A DNA stretch of 45,114 nucleotides from Candidatus Saccharimonadota bacterium (lineage in GTDB: Bacteria > Patescibacteriota > Saccharimonadia > Saccharimonadales > UBA10212), in NCBI GenBank assembly GCA_016234585.1, contig JACRBB010000027.1:1-45114 (forward strand), read 5' to 3'. Numbering within the stretch: the stretch's first letter is position 1; each line of letters opens with the position of its first letter. The translations under genes and the position numbers were made by a program. Shown piece after piece: positions 38,356 through 45,114 of the stretch. The notes beneath the pieces are model-generated. The model was not told the origin of the DNA. It made no database searches and was given only the letters and a program-made list of their open reading frames with translations.

Positions 38356-38801
38356 TGAAGACTTTTAGCGCTAAACCGGCTGATGTCACACGACAATGGT
38401 ACATACTGGATGCTTCCGAAACGCCACTGGGGCGTTTGGCAACGGTAGCCTCTCGGTTACTAATGGGTAAGGACAAAGTTTCCGTAACTCCACATGTGGA
38501 CAGCGGCGATTACGTTATTGTAATCAACGCCGGTAAACTGGTCGTTAGCGCCAATAAACTTCAAACCAAAGTCTACTGGCGATACAGCGGGTTCCCAGGG
38601 GGTATAAAAAAGCGAACATTGGCCGAATCACAGGAGCTTGATCCCACATACGCTATCACTCACGCTATACGGGGTATGTTGCCAGTCAATAAATTACGGG
38701 ATGGGCGGCTAGCGCGGCTCAAAGTTTATAGCGGTAACGATTATAATCACAGCGCTCAAAAACCTCAAACCTTATCACTTACATCAAAAGGAAAGAAGTA
38801 A
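38355..38801 (+). CDS. rplM: 50S ribosomal protein L13
   Basis: WYILDA, LGRLA, PHVDSGDYVIVINA, GMLP. Confidence 0.98.
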   Translation: MKTFSAKPADVTRQWYILDASETPLGRLATVASRLLMGKDKVSVTPHVDSGDYVIVINAGKLVVSANKLQTKVYWRYSGFPGGIKKRTLAESQELDPTYAITHAIRGMLPVNKLRDGRLARLKVYSGNDYNHSAQKPQTLSLTSKGKK

Positions 38802-38804
38802 CCT

Positions 38805-39206
38805 ATGGCCAGCAACAACTATTTTTACGCGTTAGGACGTCGAAAAAGCGCGACAGCCAGAGTCCGATTAGCATCCGGTAAAGGAACGATCGTGGTGAAC
38901 GACAAGCCAGTAACGGATTATTTTGCCAACAGTAAGTACCTGCACAGCGAACTTATCAAACCTTTTACGGTCTTAGAACTTGAACCGCAGAAGTATAATA
39001 TCACTGTTAAAGTGGTTGGTGGCGGTCATGCTAGCCAGGTAGATGCTATCCGATTGGGAATAGCTAAATCGTTATCCGAGCTAAACGAAGACTATCGAGC
39101 CACACTTAAAAGAGCCGATTTGCTTGGGCGTGACCCTCGCGAACGAGAACGCAAGAAGTTCGGTCTAAAAAGCGCCCGTAAACAACGCCAGTTTACCAAG
39201 CGTTAG
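38805..39206 (+). CDS. rpsI: 30S ribosomal protein S9
   Basis: GRRKSATARV, GGG..SQ, RDPRERERKK, QFTKR. Confidence 0.98.
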   Translation: MASNNYFYALGRRKSATARVRLASGKGTIVVNDKPVTDYFANSKYLHSELIKPFTVLELEPQKYNITVKVVGGGHASQVDAIRLGIAKSLSELNEDYRATLKRADLLGRDPRERERKKFGLKSARKQRQFTKR

Positions 39207-39263
39207 TATTAAACCCTGTCCGGTCTTGCAGACAAGTCATAATTGACGGATACTATTAGTAGA

Positions 39264-40295
39264 GTGAGCAAAGAAGTAATTTTAACCGGTTTACGGTCTA
39301 ATAGTGAGCTACACCTGGGTAATTATTTAGGGGCGATTATGCCTATGGTTGACATGCAGAAAAAGCACGCCGGACAGTACCAGCTGAATATGTTTATCCC
39401 TGATTTACATAGCTTCACCACGCCGATTGACCACGGCAAACTGTACGAGCAGACTCTGAAAAACCTAAAAGTGTTCGTAGCTGCTGGCCTTGATATCAAT
39501 CAACCAGATACATACATCTATCGCCAGAGCTATATTTCTGCGCATAGTGAGCTAACTTGGATATTTGACTGCTTTGCTTACTTTGGTGAGCTGTCGCGTA
39601 TGACCGAGTTTAAGGATAAGAGCAGCCGACAAGAGAATATAAGCGTAGGATTATTCAACTATCCTGTTTTGATGGCAGCTGACATTTTGCTTTATGGCGC
39701 CAAATGGGTGCCGGTTGGCGAGGATCAACGCCAACACGTGGAGTTCGCCCGAGAGTTGGCGAATCGTCTAAATAATCGATTCAAGAATCTTTTTGTGATA
39801 CCCGAAGACAATGCTAAGCAAACCGAATTTGCCGGACGTAGTGAGCCGGTACGGGTTCGATCGCTGCGTAATCCTGATAAGAAAATGAGTAAGAGCGTTG
39901 AGGATCCGGCCGGAACCATTATGCTTAGCGATAACCCGGACGAGGCGGCTAAAAAGGTCATGAGCGCGACTACCGACTCACTGGGATCGGTTAACTACGA
40001 TTGGGAAAAGCAGCCAGGGATTACAAACTTGCTTCAAGTGTTAGCCTTACTATCCAATAAATCTCAAAACGAGATAAATAGCCAATGGCAAGCTAAATCA
40101 AGCTACACTGAGCTAAAATCCGCTGTAGCTGACGTCGTCAAAGCCTTTTTAAGTGATTTGCAGGCTAAATTATCCCAAGTTGATGAGCAAGCCCTAACGG
40201 ACAAGTTAGAGACCGACGAGGCCGCCATGAGTAAAGTCGCCAACGCTACACTCCTAAAAGTCCAACAAGCTGTTGGGCTGCGTCCTGCCATCTAG
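39264..40295 (+). CDS. trpS: Tryptophanyl-tRNA synthetase
   Basis: HLGN, YPVLMAADILL, VPVGEDQ, KMSKS; start placed at GTG 39264. Confidence 0.97.
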   Translation: MSKEVILTGLRSNSELHLGNYLGAIMPMVDMQKKHAGQYQLNMFIPDLHSFTTPIDHGKLYEQTLKNLKVFVAAGLDINQPDTYIYRQSYISAHSELTWIFDCFAYFGELSRMTEFKDKSSRQENISVGLFNYPVLMAADILLYGAKWVPVGEDQRQHVEFARELANRLNNRFKNLFVIPEDNAKQTEFAGRSEPVRVRSLRNPDKKMSKSVEDPAGTIMLSDNPDEAAKKVMSATTDSLGSVNYDWEKQPGITNLLQVLALLSNKSQNEINSQWQAKSSYTELKSAVADVVKAFLSDLQAKLSQVDEQALTDKLETDEAAMSKVANATLLKVQQAVGLRPAI

Positions 40296-40296
40296 G

Positions 40297-41184
40297 ATGA
40301 ACGACAAGAAACACGTCCAAGAAATAAACGTAACTCCAACCGATTATGGCTTGCGAGCCGATATATTTATCGCCAGTAACAACCCTCAGTTCACACGGGC
40401 CACACTTGCTAAGCTATTTGACGGGGTTCATGTTTTAGTCAACGGCCAATCTGTTAAGCATGGCTATAAGCTGCGGGCTGGCGACAGGATTAAGTTAGAT
40501 ACTAGCCCACTGGAGAGTATTCCGGTAACCGTAAACATCCCCGTAATTTATGAAAACAATGATGTTGTTGTGATGGATAAGCCAGCTGGTATGCTTACGC
40601 ACAGCAAAGGCAGCTTTAACGCCGAAGCCACGGTGGCCAGCTTTTTGGCTACCAAAATAACAGATCCGCACCTAGCTGGTAACCGAGCTGGTATAGTTCA
40701 TCGTTTAGACCGGGTAACCAGCGGTGTTATTATCGGCGCCAAAAACTCCGCTACCCAGACTTGGCTGCAAAAGCAGTTCTCATCCCGTAAAGTTAAAAAA
40801 ACTTACCTGGCTGTAGTAGAGGGAGTGCCTGAACCTAAAATCGCGACTATTGATGCCCCAATTGGCCGCAATCCCAAGTACCCTCAGACATTTATAGTCA
40901 CACCACTTGGCCGGCCGGCTCAAACAGAATATAAGATTCTAAAAACTGTAAGTATTGACGGAAAAAACAAGTCACTGGTCGAACTAAAGCCCACAACCGG
41001 CCGGACGCATCAGTTAAGAGTCCACATGGCATATATCAGACATCCGATTGTTGGCGATAGCGTCTACGGCCACCAAGGTCAGCACATGATGCTTCACGCT
41101 TACAAACTGGAGCTGACTATTCCTGGCGGCCAACGAAAAGTCTTTAGCGCTCCCACCCCGGAAAGCTTTAAGGGATTAGTTTGA
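40297..41184 (+). CDS. RluA/RluD-family pseudouridine synthase
   Basis: S4-like N-terminus, DKPAG, GIVHRLD (catalytic Asp), TGRTHQLRVH, HPIVGD. Confidence 0.93.
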   Translation: MNDKKHVQEINVTPTDYGLRADIFIASNNPQFTRATLAKLFDGVHVLVNGQSVKHGYKLRAGDRIKLDTSPLESIPVTVNIPVIYENNDVVVMDKPAGMLTHSKGSFNAEATVASFLATKITDPHLAGNRAGIVHRLDRVTSGVIIGAKNSATQTWLQKQFSSRKVKKTYLAVVEGVPEPKIATIDAPIGRNPKYPQTFIVTPLGRPAQTEYKILKTVSIDGKNKSLVELKPTTGRTHQLRVHMAYIRHPIVGDSVYGHQGQHMMLHAYKLELTIPGGQRKVFSAPTPESFKGLV

Positions 41185-42071
41185 TGAGTAAAAGCGCCAC
41201 TGACAACTTACTCCTACACCCAAAGACACGAGCCGACGTACTAACCTTTCTGAGTAAACCAGCGCACGCCCTGATGATTGTCGGGGAAGCAGGATCGGGT
41301 AAAAAAAGCGCTGCCGAGGCTATCAGCTCAGATCTGTTGGGAGTTCCAATGACGGAACTCAGTCGGCACCCATTCTTTATAAAGCTACAAAAAGCCAGCG
41401 ACAAGCAAGAGATACCCATTGATTCCGTAAGGAATCTCTTGAAAAACATAACATTAAAGACTGCAGGCACAGCGCAAACTAGACGGGTAGTTGTCATAGA
41501 GGAGGCTCACCTCCTTAGTGAAGAAGCCCAAAACGCCTTGCTTAAGACTCTGGAAGAACCAGCAGCAGACACCGTATTTATACTGACAGCCCCATCAGTA
41601 AGGAGTGTCTTGCCCACCATCGCGTCACGGGTCAGACTAATCCCAGCCCACAGCATCAGCAAAGAAACAGCTATGAGTTTTTACTCAACAAAACACCAGG
41701 CCAAGGCCATACAGGACGCCTGGCATTTAAGTTCCGGAAGCGCCAAACTAATGGAATCAATCTTAGCCGATAGCGATATTCCGCTAAAAAAATCAATCGA
41801 TGAAGCCAAGCTTTTTTTGTCCCGCGACGCCTATGGTAAGCTGCTGATGGTCGATGAAATAAGCAAAGACAGGCAACATTTTGACCAATTTCTTGAAGCC
41901 CTCGAAAAAATATTGCAGGCTCTGCAGCGTAGCCCCAATAACCAAAGTAAATCAGCCACTTCCAGGTTACTAAATAATCGTAAGCTAGTGTCCAAGCTCC
42001 GAAAAAATCGGCTCGCTAACGTTAATACTAGACTGATTGTGCTTGAGCTAGCGCTTAATTTAAACCTTTGA
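41184..42071 (+). CDS. holB: DNA polymerase III delta' subunit-like
   Basis: HALMIVGEAGSGK, IDSVR, AQNALLKTLEEP, LPTIASR. Confidence 0.85.
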   Translation: MSKSATDNLLLHPKTRADVLTFLSKPAHALMIVGEAGSGKKSAAEAISSDLLGVPMTELSRHPFFIKLQKASDKQEIPIDSVRNLLKNITLKTAGTAQTRRVVVIEEAHLLSEEAQNALLKTLEEPAADTVFILTAPSVRSVLPTIASRVRLIPAHSISKETAMSFYSTKHQAKAIQDAWHLSSGSAKLMESILADSDIPLKKSIDEAKLFLSRDAYGKLLMVDEISKDRQHFDQFLEALEKILQALQRSPNNQSKSATSRLLNNRKLVSKLRKNRLANVNTRLIVLELALNLNL

Positions 42072-42095
42072 AACTGCTATAATATAAAGCTGAAT

Positions 42096-42749
42096 ATGTA
42101 CGCACTTGCACTATTAATACTTCTTGGTTTTCTGGTCTACCGGCACGCTCGGCACTCCGAGCACCAGATGATTGTAATTCCTAGGCGAATTGGCGATAGG
42201 TTAACCAAACTATGGGAAATCGCCTACCACGGTATGCGTGAAAACCGTTTTTTACGGGCCGAGAAAGCCTTGCTGACTATTTTAAAGATTGACGAGAAAA
42301 ATGCCGCGGCCTATAACCGCCTGGGTATCCTGTACGCCAAACAGCGGGAGTACAAGGACGCTATCGACTGTTTTGAGATTGCCAGCAGCGTTGAGCCAAG
42401 CGCCTCAAGTCTTCATAACCTTGGCTTGATATATTACGAAACCGAAAATTATCAAAAAGCGGCTACCGCCTTTGAGCAGGCGCTGAAAATGGAAGATAGC
42501 CTAGCTGCCCGCCACATAGCCTACGCCAAAGTGCAAGAGAAAATGGGTAACGACAAGCTGATGCTGCAAGAACTCGAAAAAGCCGTGGAGTTGGAACCCA
42601 ATCCCGAAACCTATACTTTACTAGGCAAAGCCTACGAATCCCGCGGCATGGTAGAGGAAGCCACCGCGGTCAATAAGCAACTAAGCAAGCTGATTATGCC
42701 AGCTGGCCGACCTAAACGCATCCTCCGCCCTAAACGAGTTGTTATTTAA
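42096..42749 (+). CDS. Membrane-anchored TPR protein
   Basis: N-terminal TM; TPR repeats (AYNRLGILY, LHNLGLIY, YTLLGKAY). Confidence 0.88.
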   Translation: MYALALLILLGFLVYRHARHSEHQMIVIPRRIGDRLTKLWEIAYHGMRENRFLRAEKALLTILKIDEKNAAAYNRLGILYAKQREYKDAIDCFEIASSVEPSASSLHNLGLIYYETENYQKAATAFEQALKMEDSLAARHIAYAKVQEKMGNDKLMLQELEKAVELEPNPETYTLLGKAYESRGMVEEATAVNKQLSKLIMPAGRPKRILRPKRVVI

Positions 42750-42750
42750 A

Positions 42751-42781
42751 AAAGTAAGTTCCTATTTTAGGAACTTACTTT
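42751..42781. terminator. Bidirectional terminator-like inverted repeat between the convergent TPR gene and tRNA-Tyr
   Basis: Perfect 14-bp arms AAAGTAAGTTCCTA-TTT-TAGGAACTTACTTT. Confidence 0.75.
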
Positions 42782-42866
42782 GGTGCAGGGTGTAGGATTC
42801 GAACCTACGAAGGCGAATGCCAACAGATTTACAGTCTGCCGTGTTTGACCGCTTCACTAACCCTGC
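42781..42866 (-). tRNA. tRNA-Tyr(GTA)
   Basis: Reverse complement: GCAGGGT acceptor, GCAGA-CTGTAAA-TCTGT anticodon arm, variable arm, GTTCGAAT, ACCA. Confidence 0.95.
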
Positions 42867-42962
42867 GAATGCTCTAAGCATCACTGCTTAGAGCTAATTG
42901 TAACACCTCTGGGACTTGATCCCACAGGCAATTTGGCGCTCTCGCAAGTAGTTACCGCCAAA

Positions 42963-43038
42963 TGGAGCCGACAGAGGGATTCGAACCCACGACCCGCTGT
43001 TTACAAAACAGCCGCTCTGGCCACTGAGCTATGTCGGC
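42963..43038 (-). tRNA. tRNA-Thr(TGT)
   Basis: Reverse complement: GCCGACA acceptor, GCTGT-TTTGTAA-ACAGC, GTTCGAAT, TCCA. Confidence 0.95.
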
Positions 43039-43146
43039 AAGCATTCGGAAGTCTACCAAAATATCTAATCTGTTTCAAGGAGTGACATAAGAACAATCAG
43101 CTTCCGCTTTATTGTACACGACCAAGATGTTAACCTATTTACAGAC

Positions 43147-44163
43147 ATGGAGCAAGAATTATTAAGCTATATTAAAAATGCCCAGCGCATCTTAGTGACT
43201 TCACATGTTTCGCCAGACCCTGACGCTATTTGTTCGTCCCTGCTTCTGGCAAACACGATTAAAGCAAATTTTAAAGACAAATCCGTATTCATCAGCCTTG
43301 AAAACGAACCCGACGCGCTTAGCTTTCTTCACGGATATGACAGGATTGAGTTTAAAAGCCTTGCTGATTCAATCAAAAAAAACAGCCCCCAACTGCTAAT
43401 AGCCGTAGACTCGCCCAACATAAAAAGATGCACCCGGGGAGGTATAGATGCGGTTATGCAGAACTTGACGGCGCTGGGTACGAAAACAGTCGGTATCGAT
43501 CACCACCAACCAGATAACAGCGATGTCTTTGACCTATACCTGAACAAAACCGGTCCGGCGGCAGTCCAGGAAATTTACGAGGTTTGTTTTGACGAGCTTA
43601 AACTTATAAAACCGAGCGGCTACGCCGAAACTACGATGTTTGGCCTATATTCCGATACAGGCGGATTTGTTTATAAGAACACCCGGCCTCGCCGGACATT
43701 CAAGCTTGTGGCTGACTTGATAGACGAAGGCGTGAATTTAGAGTCAATCCATAATAAACTGCATAGCTACACCAGTGATCACTTGAAAGTCTTAGGCGAA
43801 CTAGCCACAAACGTGAGTGGCGGCAAAGACTACACTTATACTTATGTAAGCGACGATTTTTATAAGCAGTGGCAGAACGATGGTAAGTCGCCGACGGTCT
43901 TAAGGACAGCCTGTAAGATGTTCGTGGATGATTATATCCGTAATATTGACGGCAGATTATGGGGTTTTATAGTCTACCAGAACCCATTGCTTGGTGAAGA
44001 CGGCTACTCTGTTTCCTTACGTTCGGTCGGTGGAATCGTTGATGTTTCGGCTGTTGCTAAAAAACTGGGTGGCGGTGGGCATAAACCAGCCGCCGCCGCG
44101 GAGGTGCATGTTAAATCAATCCAGGAAGCCGTGGCCAAGGTTGAATCCGCTATAGCTTCATAG
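43147..44163 (+). CDS. DHH/DHHA1 phosphoesterase (NrnA-like)
   Basis: HVSPDPDA, IDHH, SDTGGF, SLRS, GGGGHKPAA. Confidence 0.92.
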   Translation: MEQELLSYIKNAQRILVTSHVSPDPDAICSSLLLANTIKANFKDKSVFISLENEPDALSFLHGYDRIEFKSLADSIKKNSPQLLIAVDSPNIKRCTRGGIDAVMQNLTALGTKTVGIDHHQPDNSDVFDLYLNKTGPAAVQEIYEVCFDELKLIKPSGYAETTMFGLYSDTGGFVYKNTRPRRTFKLVADLIDEGVNLESIHNKLHSYTSDHLKVLGELATNVSGGKDYTYTYVSDDFYKQWQNDGKSPTVLRTACKMFVDDYIRNIDGRLWGFIVYQNPLLGEDGYSVSLRSVGGIVDVSAVAKKLGGGGHKPAAAAEVHVKSIQEAVAKVESAIAS

Positions 44164-44219
44164 ATATTACTCCTTTGATGTAGCCGGCCATCTCTAGTAC
44201 AATAAAGCCCGTTATACAG

Positions 44220-44295
44220 GCCGTCCTAGCTCAATTGGTAGAGCGCATCCATGGTAAGGATGAGGTAACGGGTTCGAATCCCGTGGACGGCTCCA
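44220..44295 (+). tRNA. tRNA-Thr(GGT)
   Basis: GCCGTCC/GGACGGC, CATCC-ATGGTAA-GGATG, GTTCGAAT, TCCA. Confidence 0.95.
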
Positions 44296-44347
44296 CATTG
44301 CCCGACGGCGTCACATCTGTTATAATCATTGTTAAAGGAATTTGTTT

Positions 44348-44554
44348 ATGGGCAAAAAAAGCGAGAAACGCAAAATATTGGGATTGGTTTGCGATGCCTG
44401 CGGGCAGCGTCATTACTACACGACCAAAAACACTATGAACACACCGGACAAGATAGAACTTAGCAAGTACTGTCCAGTTAAGCGCGTCAACGCCAAACAA
44501 CTCGAAACCAAAAAAAGCCTGGGCCGCAACGAAGTCAAGCCCCGCAAACATTAG
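44348..44554 (+). CDS. rpmG: 50S ribosomal protein L33
   Basis: LVCDAC...YYTTKN...IELSKYCP; lies between tRNA-Thr and tRNA-Trp; C-terminal extension. Confidence 0.93.
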   Translation: MGKKSEKRKILGLVCDACGQRHYYTTKNTMNTPDKIELSKYCPVKRVNAKQLETKKSLGRNEVKPRKH

Positions 44555-44596
44555 ATTTTATATCTGTTTTCATGCTATGTTTTATGGGTGGTGCAA

Positions 44597-44671
44597 AGGG
44601 GCATAGTACAACGGCTAGTATAAAGGTCTCCAAAACCTTAGATCGTGGTTCGATTCCACGTGCCCCTGCCA
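44597..44671 (+). tRNA. tRNA-Trp(CCA)
   Basis: AGGGGCA/TGCCCCT, AAGGT-CTCCAAA-ACCTT, GTTCGATT, GCCA. Confidence 0.95.
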
Positions 44672-44747
44672 ATATCACCAATGACGCGCTATTCCCAACA
44701 AACACTAACTCTTTCCAGCCGACTATCTTAAGTGGTAAAATTTTTAG

Positions 44748-45114
44748 ATGAGTAAACTAGCTTTAAGCAAGCCAGTAGTCATATTTATGTATGGCTTCCC
44801 GGGTTCCGGTAAAAGCTACGTGGCGCGGAACTTAGCCGAATCAATAGAAATGGCCAATGTCAGCGCCGATAGGCTGCGCAGTGAGCTTTTTGAACATCCC
44901 CGTTACGACACTCAAGAAAACGCCATAATTACCCACCTGATGAACTATATGACCGAGGAGTTCTTAAGCTCCGGCGTCAGTGTAGTTTACGATGCCAGTG
45001 CCTTCCGGTTGGCCACCCGCCGCAACCTGCGCGAGCTTGCCAGGAAACACAAAGCCGAACATTTACTGGTGTGGCTTCAGATAGACGTAGAAAGCGCTTA
45101 CGCCCGTACCCAAA
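44748..45114 (+). CDS. AAA_33-like P-loop kinase (3' partial); not in the ORF track
   Basis: Manual translation MSKLALSKPVVIFMYGFPGSGKSYVARNL...SADRLR...VVYDA; frame open to the window end. Confidence 0.85.
   Translation, partial: MSKLALSKPVVIFMYGFPGSGKSYVARNLAESIEMANVSADRLRSELFEHPRYDTQENAIITHLMNYMTEEFLSSGVSVVYDASAFRLATRRNLRELARKHKAEHLLVWLQIDVESAYARTQ

Noticed and set aside
584..40291. Numerous 60-170 aa antisense or alternate-frame ORFs in the track
   Set aside because: They overlap well-supported conserved genes and have no motifs; expected shadow ORFs
44231..44551. ORFs overlapping tRNA-Thr(GGT) and rpmG
   Set aside because: Explained by the tRNA and rpmG sequences
41181..44671. Alternative genetic code (UGA recoding as in Gracilibacteria/Absconditabacteria)
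   Set aside because: TGA ends genes at expected lengths (41184, 42071) and no core gene has an in-frame TGA
1..45114. CRISPR arrays, IS elements, introns/inteins, rRNA
   Set aside because: No periodic repeats, transposase motifs, or large insertions within rpoB, rpoC, fusA, recG or the tRNAs

Overview
Core translation/transcription region of a reduced-genome bacterium, probably CPR/Patescibacteria (Saccharibacteria-like). This is inferred from the missing rpmD, the missing adk/map between secY and infA, and the divergence of the core proteins. The genetic code is standard (TGA stops, tRNA-Trp CCA). Order: recG-rsmD-tRNA-Leu, an AT-rich exported ORFan, a structured leader plus small accessory gene plus dinB, a membrane protein, hisS-tig-(CIRCE)clpP, rpoB-rpoC, the str/S10/spc/alpha ribosomal cluster running into rplM-rpsI, trpS-rlu-holB-TPR, a tRNA cluster with a DHH phosphoesterase and rpmG, and a partial P-loop kinase. 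Main observations: (1) beta' has GADFDGD instead of NADFDGD, a rewritten trigger loop and both Zn sites lost; (2) EF-G has G4 NKIN instead of NKxD and a rewritten G5, while EF-Tu is canonical; (3) three short ORFans, a FabD-like acyltransferase, a Nudix gene and a small membrane gene are inserted between conserved ribosomal/elongation factor genes; (4) two candidate structured RNAs; (5) many apparently leaderless genes and broad loss of Zn ligands. No CRISPR, rRNA or transposase seen. All comparisons with consensus motifs are from memory, not from database searches.
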